IMG/VR virus record: IMGVR_UViG_3300023174_000071
Span: 64,326-128,325 of that record
DNA: 64,000 nucleotides
Source: a virus
Reading direction: 5' to 3' (one strand)
Shown here: positions 38,597 through 48,517 of the stretch, in pieces
How the letters are laid out: every line of letters starts with the position of its first letter
How positions within the stretch are numbered: the first letter of the stretch is position 1
Program-made: the position numbers and the translations under genes
The notes under the pieces: generated by a model
What the model saw: the letters and a program-made list of their open reading frames with translations, nothing else
Databases searched by the model: none
Told to the model about the DNA's origin: nothing

Positions 38597-39775
38597 ATGC
38601 AAAGCAATAAAGAAGAAATTTTAAAGTATATCGAAAACGAGAAGAGTATATCTAGATATAAAATTATCTCGATTAACGCTTCTCGTTTCGTTGCGCCGTC
38701 GAGCAAAAGAATTCTACAAATCGAAGAAGAGTTTTTAAATTTTCCATTTGAAAATATTATCTTTGATTCGGTTTCTGATGTTGCGGCGGCTATTTCTTTA
38801 TATCGATCCTCTAGACACATCTTCTACAGAACCTATGGCTTTGAAGATAATCCATCTCAAACCGAACCTGTTGCTCTTGCCAGAATTGTAAATATATCCA
38901 TTTTCTTTTCAAAGTTAAATGAATTAAAAGATATTCTGGCAAAATTAGATTTTGCAATCAAAAATCTTCAAAGCAAAGATTTTGAACAACAACTTGATGA
39001 GAAAGACCTTCAATATTTTATTGAGAACAAAGTTCGAATATCAAAAAGAATGACAACAAGTCTTTGTTGCGCAAAACAATATTTGCAAGATGGATTGTCT
39101 GAGATAAATAAAGATATCACGGAAGAAGGGTTTATCAATCTTGAATCTAAAAAGATATCCAAACGGGCTCCGAATAATTATCTTGAAACTACTTTCGAAA
39201 GGCTATGCGAACTGCAAGGTTCTATCTTAAAGCGAAGCCTGACTTTATATGATGATATTGCGGGCCGAGATAAATCTATATTAAAAAACTTCCTGCCTCA
39301 GCGGAGTGTTGTTCAGCGATTATCTCAAAATCCACCTATAAAGTTTTCTATAGAAAAAGATAGACATAAAAAAAGAGAAACAAAAACTTGCGGCATTAAT
39401 CTTCAATTAGAAAGAACGGGTTTAGAGAAGCTGATACCTATTGCTGCATCCATAAAAGTAAACTCAATTGATATAACAAATCTATTTTGTTTTAAGTTTT
39501 CAAATTTTAAAATTGATGGGACCTATAAAAGAACCCTAATGATTAAGCCTGTTGCTAAATTTGATGATAATGATTTCAAAATTTTGCAACAACTTTTTCC
39601 CGAGGTGAGCGTTCAAAAAAGCAGCAAAGAGGACCTTGTCAATCAACTCAATCGTGTTACACTGGATGTGGACAAAAATAGTTTCCTGATCGCTCCATCT
39701 TCTAGGAGAGAGAATGAATACTTTAATTTTGTCTACCGTTGGTTCATTCTTGAATTAAAAAATCTCAACCTGTAA
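38597..39775 (+). CDS. Hypothetical protein
   Basis: 392-aa ORF; no recognised motif. Confidence 0.6.
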   Translation: MQSNKEEILKYIENEKSISRYKIISINASRFVAPSSKRILQIEEEFLNFPFENIIFDSVSDVAAAISLYRSSRHIFYRTYGFEDNPSQTEPVALARIVNISIFFSKLNELKDILAKLDFAIKNLQSKDFEQQLDEKDLQYFIENKVRISKRMTTSLCCAKQYLQDGLSEINKDITEEGFINLESKKISKRAPNNYLETTFERLCELQGSILKRSLTLYDDIAGRDKSILKNFLPQRSVVQRLSQNPPIKFSIEKDRHKKRETKTCGINLQLERTGLEKLIPIAASIKVNSIDITNLFCFKFSNFKIDGTYKRTLMIKPVAKFDDNDFKILQQLFPEVSVQKSSKEDLVNQLNRVTLDVDKNSFLIAPSSRRENEYFNFVYRWFILELKNLNL

Positions 39776-39795
39776 AAGTTGAAAAAGGAGAAAGT

Positions 39796-40068
39796 ATGTC
39801 AAACGTTCATGTTCTTTCAAATGAAGAAGCTTCAAATGCAACCACGTTCAGCATGGATCAGGTTCGTGCAATGGTAAAGCAACTCAACGAAATTGATGAT
39901 CAGGTTAAGGATCTCAAGGAACAGCGCAAGCAGATTGTTTCGGATTTCGTTGAAGAATACGGCGTGCCAAAAAAGGAAGTAACCGCCGCAATTCGTATGC
40001 TTAAGTCTGGAACGGATCCAGAAATCGTTTCGGAAGTTTATGCGCATATTGCCGATCTCGTAAAGTAA
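39796..40068 (+). CDS. GapR/T4 DsbA-like dsDNA-binding protein
   Basis: AAGGAG RBS; V..L.EI...KDL.E..K.I......G...K pattern. Confidence 0.6.
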   Translation: MSNVHVLSNEEASNATTFSMDQVRAMVKQLNEIDDQVKDLKEQRKQIVSDFVEEYGVPKKEVTAAIRMLKSGTDPEIVSEVYAHIADLVK

Positions 40069-40076
40069 ATCTTTTC

Positions 40077-40110
40077 AAGGTGCCGTGTAGTTTTCTATGC
40101 GGCACCTTTT
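40077..40110 (+). terminator. Intrinsic terminator
   Basis: AAGGTGCCGTGTAG-TTTT-CTATGCGGCACCTT-TT. Confidence 0.78.
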
Positions 40111-40119
40111 GAGGTTTTC

Positions 40120-40611
40120 ATGGCTCTAGCTTTATCGTCTGACCGAAATATTCCTTGGTGCAAAGGTGATGCGTTTGAAATCTCTGTTATTTCGAATTTC
40201 TATGCAACATTAGGTCTTATGCATCCAGAAGATTTTTATAGAAATTCTTTCAAAGAAAATATTAAAACCAACAATTTCTATGAAGTGTTTTTTGAAAGCA
40301 GAGATGTTATTCCAAATGTAAAGCAAACCAAAGTACAACTTTCCCGTAGAACTGGAAAGACAACAAGAGCGGTGCTTCACTTTATTTATCATCGCTTCTT
40401 TATGAATCAAGAGTGCTTTATTGTTGACTTTGCCGACACAGAAGCCTCAAGGCGCTATCTTCGATTAACTACTTTGGATTATTGTGAATCGCTTAAACGC
40501 GCTGGTTTAATCTCAGATTACAAACCGAGCGATATTATAATTTTTAAATCGAGCGATGTTGGCTGGTGGCCAAATAAAAGCGGTAAGATTGTATATCACG
40601 GCAATAACTAA
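40120..40611 (+). CDS. Small protein with P-loop-like motif
   Basis: SRRTGKTT motif; GAGG RBS. Confidence 0.55.
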   Translation: MALALSSDRNIPWCKGDAFEISVISNFYATLGLMHPEDFYRNSFKENIKTNNFYEVFFESRDVIPNVKQTKVQLSRRTGKTTRAVLHFIYHRFFMNQECFIVDFADTEASRRYLRLTTLDYCESLKRAGLISDYKPSDIIIFKSSDVGWWPNKSGKIVYHGNN

Positions 40612-40621
40612 GGAGTTTAAG

Positions 40622-43600
40622 GTGGGAAAGTTCGTATCACTTCATAATCATACACAACTTGGCTCTCCGCTAGATGGTATGAATGACGTAAACCAGCTAT
40701 TTGAGCAGGCCAAAAAAATTGGGCATCAAGCCATTGCCATTACGGACCACGGCACAATGGCTGCGCACTTCGACTCATGGAAGGCTTCCAAGAAAACTGG
40801 AGTTAAGCTTATTCCAGGAGTTGAAGCTTATATTTCAACAGATTTTTCGAGCAAGAAGCTAAATCACGTTGTCCTATTCCCAAAGAATGAGATTGGATAC
40901 AAAAATATCCTAAGGCTAAATTACGAGTCATACAAAAATCAGCATTCAGGCTATATGGGCAAAAAGACTCCTCGTGTTTCTTTTGAGCTTCTTCAGGCTT
41001 ATAATGAAGGTGTCTTTTGCCTTACTGCTTGTTCCAATGGATTGCTCGCAAAAGCTATTATGTCTGATGAAGAAGATAAGGCTATTGAATATCTTCATAA
41101 GTACAAGCAAATCTTTGGCGATCGATTCTTCTTGGAACTTCAACCGCATCATCTCAAAACGGATGATGGTAAGGTTGACCAAGTTCGTGTAAATGAAACT
41201 TTGCTAAAATATTCTAGGGATTACGGCGTCGAGTACACCATTACTTGTGACGCCCACTATCTAGATAAGGATCATGCAAAGTATCACGATTTGATGCTCG
41301 CTATTAAAGAGCAGAAGCCTCTAAACGATCCTCATCGCTTTCGTTATGGCGTTCAGGATATGTATCTAAAATCCGATGATGAAATTGTTAAATTCTTCGG
41401 TCGAGAAGTTGCCGAACGAGGAATGCTTAACTCTGTGCGAATTGCGGAAGCCTGTGAGCCTCCAGCTTATTTGGAAGCCCGAGGTCCAATTCTTCCAACG
41501 TTCCCCGTAGAAAAGGAACCTGATTATCAAGACTTTTTAAGTTGGCGAGAAACCTCCAGCAAAGATGCGAGGGAGGATTTCGCATATCTTCGTTATAAGT
41601 GCGTTCAAGGTTTCAAAGAAAAGATTAAAGACAAGAAGAAGCATAAACAATATTGGGAACGAGCAAAGTATGAACTCTCCGTTATCGAAGAGCGAGGCTT
41701 CTCTTCCTATATGTTGATTGTTTCTGACTTTATTAACTGGGCAAAGGATAATGGATATTCCACAGGTCCGGCCCGAGGTAGCGCCGCAGGAAGTTTGGTT
41801 TCCTATTTGACGGGCATTACTGCGGTTGATCCGATTCAGTACAACCTACTGTTTGAGCGATTCCACAACCGACAAAAGAAAAGCTTCCCAGATATTGATT
41901 CAGACTTCGGAAATCCGGATGCTGTAAAGAATTATCTTCTGCAGAAGTATGGAGCAGATCGGGTTGCAGGTATCAGCAACTGGTCAACTCTTACGCCAAA
42001 GGTTCTAGTCAAAGATATTGCTAGAACATTAGAGATTGGCGGTGATAGGTCGTCTGCATTTAAAGTTGCAAATCATATCACATCAAGCATCCCTGATATC
42101 ACTAAGACGATCGAGGAAGCCATTGATGCAAGCCCAGAGTTTGCTGCCTACATGCAAGAATATCCTCAGATTTGCATTGGAGCGAAAAAGCTTCAAGGTT
42201 TAACGAAAAACTGGGGTATCCATGCGGCGGGCGTTGTAATTTCTGACCGACCAATTTATGAAATCGCTCCGGTTCGAATTGACGAAGAAACCGGAATGAT
42301 GGTTATGCAATGGGAAAAGACTCGTTGCGAAGAGTTTGGTTTCGTAAAGATGGATTTGCTTGGACTAAATACTCTCAATGTAATCAATCTATCTTTTGAT
42401 TATATTTACAAAACTACGGGCAAGCGAATCACCGAAGCGGATATTCCTATTGATGATAAGGAAACTTTCTCTATGATTGGTCGAGGGGAAACCGCTGGGG
42501 TATTCCAGTTAGAATCATCCCTAACTCCTTTGTGTGTCAGAATTAAGCCTAATGATATTTCAATGATTTCTGACATTAACGCATTAGGTCGTCCTTCATG
42601 TAGTCCAGAGCAGCGCAATAATTATATTGAAGCTCGTTTCGATCCAACGACGATTGAATTAGAACATGAAAATCTAACCAATGCATTAATGAAAACAAAT
42701 GGCGTTTCTCTTTACGAGGAAGGCATGATGGCAATTGTTAAAGATTGCGCCGGATGGGATCTGAACGAAGCGGACGCTCTTCGTAAAATTACAAAACTAA
42801 AGGGTAAAGACCCGGAACTCGTCCTAAAGACTGAGGCCAAGTTTATTCAAGATTGCATGAAGCATTCGGGAATGAAATATGAAATCGCAAAGAAGATTTG
42901 GGATGAACGTATCGAAGTCTTCGGCGCTTATGGTTTCAATAAGTCTCACTCGGTAGCTTATTCTTATATCAGTTACTATACGGCTTGGTTGCGTTGTCAT
43001 TATCCAACAGAATTTATGTGCGCTCTTCTAAATTCTGAAAATCCAAACTCCGATAAGGTTCAAGAATACATCAACGAATGCTCAAATATGGGAATTCAGA
43101 TTACACCACCAGATGTAAACAAAAGCGGAGAAGGTTATACAATCATTGGTCCAAAGAAAATCTCAGCAGGTCTTTGCTCAATCCGAGGTCTTGGAGATGC
43201 GGTTATTCCTGAGTTAATTCAGAAGCAACCTTATCGTAATCTTGCAGATTATTATTATCGCTCAAGTTCAAGAGGTATTTCCAAGACTACGGTTCAATCG
43301 TTGGCGAAAGCTGGTGCGTTTGATTGCTTTGAGCGAAGCCGAAGGGATATTTACGAAACATATGATAAGCAGCGAGAAGCGGTTAAAAAGTTTCAGAGAA
43401 AGAAGCAAAAGATGCTTGATGAGTTAGAATTTGGCCCCGCACCAAAGAAACCTCGAGCCAAAAAGGCATCCAAGAATGATGTTCAACCGGAAGAAGTTTT
43501 TGAAGTTACCGAACAACTAGAGGATACTTTAGCTGCAGAATCTTTAACCATTGAGGATTCTGCTGAGCCCGAAAAGAAGCCAAAGGATACTCGCCCACCG

Positions 43601-44086
43601 CCATCTTTAACCGATGAAGAGGTTGATGAGATTAATCAAAGTTATCCTGAAGCTCTACCGGAGTGGGAGAATAAAGATTTCCTCATGGGTGAACTTGAAG
43701 TTTTAGGTAGAACCATCTCAGGATCTTTGCACTCTATCTTTGGTGGATTCTTCAGAAAGGGAAGCTCACTGGTTACTCCGCTATCTGATGTTCCAAATGT
43801 AAAGACGGGCCAGAAGATTAAAATTGAAGCTATCATCAATTCTAAAAAGAAAGAATTCACCATTAAACGAGGCGAAAGGACTGGTAAGAAGTTTGCAAAA
43901 TTTATCATTGAAGATGTCTATGGAACGAAGTCTGAATTGACTGTCTGGACAGATGATTATGAGAAGTACAAACTCTTATTGAAGGATGGAGCCCCAATTC
44001 GCGCCATCTGTAAAGTTGGCGAGTATATGGAACAAAAAGATTTGTCGGTACAGATATTCGAGTCCATTTCAGGTAAAATGTTGTAG
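40622..44086 (+). CDS. dnaE: DNA polymerase III alpha subunit
   Basis: PHP motifs (LHNHT, TDHG, GVEAY, DAHY); GPARGSAAGS, FERF, PDIDSDF, HAAGVVI, KMDLLGL, YGFNKSH; C-terminal OB fold; GTG start after AAGGAG. Confidence 0.96.
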   Translation: MGKFVSLHNHTQLGSPLDGMNDVNQLFEQAKKIGHQAIAITDHGTMAAHFDSWKASKKTGVKLIPGVEAYISTDFSSKKLNHVVLFPKNEIGYKNILRLNYESYKNQHSGYMGKKTPRVSFELLQAYNEGVFCLTACSNGLLAKAIMSDEEDKAIEYLHKYKQIFGDRFFLELQPHHLKTDDGKVDQVRVNETLLKYSRDYGVEYTITCDAHYLDKDHAKYHDLMLAIKEQKPLNDPHRFRYGVQDMYLKSDDEIVKFFGREVAERGMLNSVRIAEACEPPAYLEARGPILPTFPVEKEPDYQDFLSWRETSSKDAREDFAYLRYKCVQGFKEKIKDKKKHKQYWERAKYELSVIEERGFSSYMLIVSDFINWAKDNGYSTGPARGSAAGSLVSYLTGITAVDPIQYNLLFERFHNRQKKSFPDIDSDFGNPDAVKNYLLQKYGADRVAGISNWSTLTPKVLVKDIARTLEIGGDRSSAFKVANHITSSIPDITKTIEEAIDASPEFAAYMQEYPQICIGAKKLQGLTKNWGIHAAGVVISDRPIYEIAPVRIDEETGMMVMQWEKTRCEEFGFVKMDLLGLNTLNVINLSFDYIYKTTGKRITEADIPIDDKETFSMIGRGETAGVFQLESSLTPLCVRIKPNDISMISDINALGRPSCSPEQRNNYIEARFDPTTIELEHENLTNALMKTNGVSLYEEGMMAIVKDCAGWDLNEADALRKITKLKGKDPELVLKTEAKFIQDCMKHSGMKYEIAKKIWDERIEVFGAYGFNKSHSVAYSYISYYTAWLRCHYPTEFMCALLNSENPNSDKVQEYINECSNMGIQITPPDVNKSGEGYTIIGPKKISAGLCSIRGLGDAVIPELIQKQPYRNLADYYYRSSSRGISKTTVQSLAKAGAFDCFERSRRDIYETYDKQREAVKKFQRKKQKMLDELEFGPAPKKPRAKKASKNDVQPEEVFEVTEQLEDTLAAESLTIEDSAEPEKKPKDTRPPPSLTDEEVDEINQSYPEALPEWENKDFLMGELEVLGRTISGSLHSIFGGFFRKGSSLVTPLSDVPNVKTGQKIKIEAIINSKKKEFTIKRGERTGKKFAKFIIEDVYGTKSELTVWTDDYEKYKLLLKDGAPIRAICKVGEYMEQKDLSVQIFESISGKML

Positions 44087-44091
44087 AGGTA

Positions 44092-44616
44092 ATGATGATT
44101 AATTGTAACAATTGTGGTTTCCGAGTGGGCAACAATATGAAGTTTGCCCTAATGAAAAACCAATGTCCCTCTTGCGGTGGAAGACTTTTTTCAGAAAAAG
44201 AATCAAATTCCATCTCTCAAATTCAGAATCTACTTCACAGTCAACATTTCAGTTCAAAATTAAACGAACAGCTTGTTTATGATTTATCATTATTTTTCCA
44301 TAATGAACTTCATAATGGGATCGGAAAGAAAATCCTAATGGATTTAAAATCTGAGGTTACGACAAGTTTACCCGAGCCAACTGTCGAAAAAAGCGGCGAT
44401 GATTTGAAGAAGATTAGAGATGAAGTTCGAAACTCTGTTCTTGCTGAATATTCAGAAGATGATGATGAAGATAGCGATTTAGATCAGCCATCTGCCGATG
44501 AAGTTGACCTTTCTCATCTTGATCCGAAGGTTGCGAGATTAAAACGTCTTGCGAATACCAATCCGATCCTAAAAAAGGGAGCCGGCGGCTTTCGTAGAGT
44601 AGGCAGTAATGATTAA
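44092..44616 (+). CDS. Zn-ribbon protein
   Basis: CNNC...CPSC; acidic C-terminal part. Confidence 0.7.
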   Translation: MMINCNNCGFRVGNNMKFALMKNQCPSCGGRLFSEKESNSISQIQNLLHSQHFSSKLNEQLVYDLSLFFHNELHNGIGKKILMDLKSEVTTSLPEPTVEKSGDDLKKIRDEVRNSVLAEYSEDDDEDSDLDQPSADEVDLSHLDPKVARLKRLANTNPILKKGAGGFRRVGSND

Positions 44617-44902
44617 TGTTTTCGGCAAAAAGTTAGACCTGACCGATTCCGAACATAAATATCTTCTTCAAATTAAGAGTACATTTGGAGATGACGCAAT
44701 CAATGATCTTTTCGAGTCTGATAATGATGGAAAGATCCTACTTGTGAAGCCTCCGACAGACAAGCCCACTTCAATGCTTACTGTTTTTTTTCTTTTAAAT
44801 GTTATGTTGAATCAGCGCTTGCGCTCTATTGATGCGGGTGTTACGAAGATTTCGGAACTCGAACGTAGAGTAAAAAAGATAGAAGCAAAACTATCAAAAT
44901 AA
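44609..44902 (+). CDS. Hypothetical protein
   Basis: Overlapping packed ORF. Confidence 0.6.
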   Translation: MINVFGKKLDLTDSEHKYLLQIKSTFGDDAINDLFESDNDGKILLVKPPTDKPTSMLTVFFLLNVMLNQRLRSIDAGVTKISELERRVKKIEAKLSK

Positions 44903-44911
44903 GAGGAAATT

Positions 44912-45454
44912 ATGAAGCTAAAGCATGTTGCAGACATCTCTCAGTTAGATGTTAACGAGATTGATATTTCCGATATTAAAAGGATTCACTCCCAACTTCC
45001 TAGCGGAGAGCATTCTTATATAGATATCAATATTGCTGAGCGTGGGATGCGTTTGACGCTTGATGGTGTTTATGCTTGCCAGGAAAAGATTGTAAAAATC
45101 GATCGATGGATTGGCGTAAAGGAGTCGGAAAAAAATCGAGCGTGGTCACGGGCAGCACTTGACGGCGCAGCAAATGCGGGTTACAAGACAGCGAAAGATA
45201 GAGAAAATTATGCGATGGGGGACGATGATTACATTCAAAAGCATAATGAACTTCTTGCCGGAAAAGCATTTAAAAAATATCTAGAAAACGCTATGGACTT
45301 ATTTAAGCTATGGCACTTTACTTTCAAAGAATTCCTTCGTAGGGATATTCCTGTTGAGCGGATGAGTGTTGCTCAACCTGTCATTACTGGTGGCCGCGAC
45401 CTTGATGACCGAGAAGAAGAAAATATGTGCGGCGAGGTTGACTGGGCAGAGTGA
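44912..45454 (+). CDS. Possible UvsY-like recombination mediator
   Basis: Helical protein with TAKDRENY...DDDY pattern next to SSB, RuvC and RecA (partly contextual). Confidence 0.5.
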   Translation: MKLKHVADISQLDVNEIDISDIKRIHSQLPSGEHSYIDINIAERGMRLTLDGVYACQEKIVKIDRWIGVKESEKNRAWSRAALDGAANAGYKTAKDRENYAMGDDDYIQKHNELLAGKAFKKYLENAMDLFKLWHFTFKEFLRRDIPVERMSVAQPVITGGRDLDDREEENMCGEVDWAE

Positions 45455-45511
45455 GTGAGTTAAACTGAAAACGCGACTTGAAGAAGTTGCTCTAACCAAA
45501 GAGGTGTGTGA

Positions 45512-46162
45512 ATGTCTAAGACTGTATATGGTGAAATTGATTGGAATGCTGGCGACGTTGGTGGTAACCGTACCAAGTATCTTCAGATGAAGAATCCCGG
45601 TGCGTACACCATCCGAGTTATGGGTAACCCCATTCAGTTTTACTGTCACTGGCTTGATACTGTAGACGGCAAGAAGAAGAAGGTTAATTCTCCTTCGGAA
45701 ACTCCGGCGCTTGTTGCCAAGCTTGAAGCTGCTGGTTTCAAACGTCAGACCGGTTGGATGGTTCGTGTTCTTGACCGTTCGGATGGTGAATTCAAGCTTA
45801 TGGAAATTGGTCAGCAGGTTTATAACGGAATCCGTGACCTCTACAACAACAAGGCTTGGGGTAAGGTTACCAATTACGATCTTACTATCACCCGTCGTCC
45901 AAAGGGCTCTCAGCCTCTCTACACGGTTACTCCAAATCCAAAGGAACCACTTGAAGCTAAGTTCAAGGATTCTTTCATGGAATTCGAAAAGAACCTCGAT
46001 GTAGATAAGCTTGTTGCTCCAACTGCGGTTCCAAAGATTTGTGAACTTCTTGGTTGGAAGGCTTCGGAATTCCTTGGCGCAGCGGAAGAGGAAGAAGATG
46101 ATGCGTTTGGTGCCAACTCCGAAGAAGAAAGCTCTGATGATGTCGATTTCAGTTTCGACTAG
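45512..46162 (+). CDS. Single-stranded DNA-binding protein (gp32-like)
   Basis: IRV.G...HW, V.DR.DG..K.ME.G, YDLTITR motifs; acidic tail ending DVDFSFD; high-expression codon bias. Confidence 0.75.
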   Translation: MSKTVYGEIDWNAGDVGGNRTKYLQMKNPGAYTIRVMGNPIQFYCHWLDTVDGKKKKVNSPSETPALVAKLEAAGFKRQTGWMVRVLDRSDGEFKLMEIGQQVYNGIRDLYNNKAWGKVTNYDLTITRRPKGSQPLYTVTPNPKEPLEAKFKDSFMEFEKNLDVDKLVAPTAVPKICELLGWKASEFLGAAEEEEDDAFGANSEEESSDDVDFSFD

Positions 46163-46207
46163 GGATAGGAAGGCTTCGATTTAATCGATAGCTTAAACTT
46201 CTAAAAG

Positions 46208-46244
46208 AAGCCGCCGGATTAATTTCTGGCGGCTTTCCCTTTTT
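46208..46244 (+). terminator. Intrinsic terminator
   Basis: AAGCCGCCGGA-loop-TCTGGCGGCTT followed by a pyrimidine/T tract. Confidence 0.75.
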
Positions 46245-46277
46245 AAAAAGGTAAAATTGCTCTAAAGAGGTTTTCTT

Positions 46278-46832
46278 TTGAGAATTTTATCATTGGATAT
46301 TAGCAGTTCATGTATAGGTTGGGCTTTGTTTGAAGAGAATGATGGTGACGCACAACTCGTTACCTATGGTCACATTAAGCCTCCAAAAAAAGAAAAGGGA
46401 AGTCTAAGTTTTCGATTAAAGAAAACGGAAGATGAACTTAGAAAAATCATAGATAAATATGCACCCAAACAGGTTGCCATCGAAGACTATGCAAAAAGAT
46501 TTTCTATGGGTAGAAGTACGGCGAATACAATCATTATGCTTAGTGTATTCAATGAGGTTTTAACCCTCCTTTGTTTTAAGGAGATTGGCTCAGATCCTTA
46601 CCGCTATCCTGTTGTAACAATTCGTTCGTGTGTGGGTAAACATTTCGGGCAAAAAATTGTTTCAAAAGACGACATCTTTCCTGCGATATCATCGAAGGCA
46701 AATATTTTCTTGACAAGACAAAATAAAAAAGGTAATCTTGCCAAGGAGTGTTTTGACGAAGGTGATGCTATTGCCGTAGGCATGACTCATCTTTTAAAGA
46801 CAAATCAGAATTTAAAAAGTTTATCAATCTAG
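46278..46832 (+). CDS. ruvC: RuvC-like Holliday junction resolvase
   Basis: ILSLDISS..IGWA, VAIED and DEGDAIAVG motifs. Confidence 0.85.
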   Translation: MRILSLDISSSCIGWALFEENDGDAQLVTYGHIKPPKKEKGSLSFRLKKTEDELRKIIDKYAPKQVAIEDYAKRFSMGRSTANTIIMLSVFNEVLTLLCFKEIGSDPYRYPVVTIRSCVGKHFGQKIVSKDDIFPAISSKANIFLTRQNKKGNLAKECFDEGDAIAVGMTHLLKTNQNLKSLSI

Positions 46833-46841
46833 GAGAGGATT

Positions 46842-48500
46842 ATGAGCAAAACTATTTTGCATAATGCTGACGCTCGTGAAAGAATCTTGGCGGGAGTAAA
46901 GACTCTTGCTGATGTTGTTGCAGTAACCATGGGACCAAAAGGTCGAAATGTTATTGTTGGAAAAACATTTGGAAACCCAACCATTACAAAAGATGGCGTT
47001 TCGGTGGCCAGAGAAGTTGTTCTTGATGACCATGTTGAAAATATGGGTGCCCAGCTTGTAAAAGAGGTGGCAGGACGCACAGCAGATGTTGCTGGGGATG
47101 GAACTACCACCTCAACCGTTCTCGCTGCAGAAATTCTAAAAAATGGCATGGATTTGATGGCTACCGGTTACAGTCCTCTCGACTTCCGAGATGCTATGGA
47201 TATCATTTCAAAGCAAATTGTCAGTCAGCTATCCTTTATCTCTACGCCGATTAAAAGCGTCCAGGATTTGGAAAATATTGCAACGATTTCTGCAAATAAC
47301 GATCGCACACTAGGTTTGAGTATTGCAGAAGCGTTTGATTCAGTTGGTTGGACGGGTACAGTTACAGCAGAAGCTGTTCCGGGTGTTGAGACTTCTGTTC
47401 GTCATATTGATGGCTTGGAATTAAAATCTGGCTTTATTACTTCTGCGTTCTTGGCCGGAGAGCAATCTTCTGTTTGTATTTATGATAATTGCAAAATCTT
47501 GATTTGCGATAGAGAAATTACGCACCTTGAAGATTTTCTTCCTGTTCTAACTTCTCTTCATACTTCCAATCAGGCTATCTTGATTATCGCTCGTTCTGTT
47601 AAGCAGGAAGCTCTAAAGGTTCTTGTTGAGAATAAAAAGCTTGGTCGCTTGAAGTCTGTAGCTATTGAAACTCCTTCATTCTCAGGAAAGAAGCGGGAGT
47701 GGCTTGAAGATTTAGCATCACTTGTTGGAACCTATGTTGTCAGCGAAGATGAAGGAAATCCTTTGTCTAAAATGAAAGTTGAGGACCTTGGTTCCGCTGA
47801 TCGAGTTATTGTCGATAAATATTCAACAAAAATTCTTGGAGGTAATAAGGATGTCAAACGAATCGAATCCAGAGAAAAGGTCTATTATCGTGATTTGCAA
47901 AAGCTTATTGGAGAAAACGAACGTTTGGATATCAAAGAACGATTGGCTTTTCTATCTAGTCGTGCGGCTGTTCTAAGCGTAGGCTACTCTACGGAATTAG
48001 AACTTCGAGAAAAGGGTGATCGAGTGGATGATGCTTTGTCCGCAACTCGAGCCGCAATTGAAGAAGGAATTGTTCCCGGTGGAGGTGTTTCGATTCTAAA
48101 AGCTGCTCAGGCGGTATTGGAAGAGCAAGCTTTTGATTTGAAGTATCTACCTGCTGTGAATTGTATTTTTCAATCTAGCAAAAAGCCTCTGCGACAGATG
48201 CTGTATAACGCCGGAAAATCTGATTCTGAAATTGAGCAAATTATCGCTGAAACCTTAAATTCAACAAAGCTTGGATTTGGTTATGATATCGCAAAAGGTT
48301 CTTATTGTAACCTGTTAGAAGCGGGTATCATTGATCCCAAGAAAGTGACCCGAACGGCTTTTCAAAATGCAGTGAGCATTGCGTCTCTTATTATTACAAC
48401 AGAAGCTCTTATTGCAGATCGTCCGGATAATCCTTCTGGATATCAACCTCCAGCAGATTATCGTCTACCTGATAACAAAAACCTAAACCACAAACGCTGA
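46842..48500 (+). CDS. groEL: Chaperonin GroEL (copy 2, divergent)
   Basis: TMGPKGRN, ITKDGVSVA, AGDGTTTSTVL, DRVDDA, GIVPGGG and GIIDPKKV motifs. Confidence 0.94.
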   Translation: MSKTILHNADARERILAGVKTLADVVAVTMGPKGRNVIVGKTFGNPTITKDGVSVAREVVLDDHVENMGAQLVKEVAGRTADVAGDGTTTSTVLAAEILKNGMDLMATGYSPLDFRDAMDIISKQIVSQLSFISTPIKSVQDLENIATISANNDRTLGLSIAEAFDSVGWTGTVTAEAVPGVETSVRHIDGLELKSGFITSAFLAGEQSSVCIYDNCKILICDREITHLEDFLPVLTSLHTSNQAILIIARSVKQEALKVLVENKKLGRLKSVAIETPSFSGKKREWLEDLASLVGTYVVSEDEGNPLSKMKVEDLGSADRVIVDKYSTKILGGNKDVKRIESREKVYYRDLQKLIGENERLDIKERLAFLSSRAAVLSVGYSTELELREKGDRVDDALSATRAAIEEGIVPGGGVSILKAAQAVLEEQAFDLKYLPAVNCIFQSSKKPLRQMLYNAGKSDSEIEQIIAETLNSTKLGFGYDIAKGSYCNLLEAGIIDPKKVTRTAFQNAVSIASLIITTEALIADRPDNPSGYQPPADYRLPDNKNLNHKR

Positions 48501-48517
48501 ACAACACTGAGGTTAAA

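Noticed and set aside
40622-44086. Intein or intron in dnaE (also checked recA and terL)
   Set aside because: No C/S...HN intein termini, LAGLIDADG motifs or frame breaks seen; the DnaE insert is low-complexity
46829-47149. Minus-strand and alternate-frame ORFs in the track (for example 46829-47149, 28854-29270, 59549-59875)
   Set aside because: They are shadows of well-supported + strand genes, with no RBS or motifs
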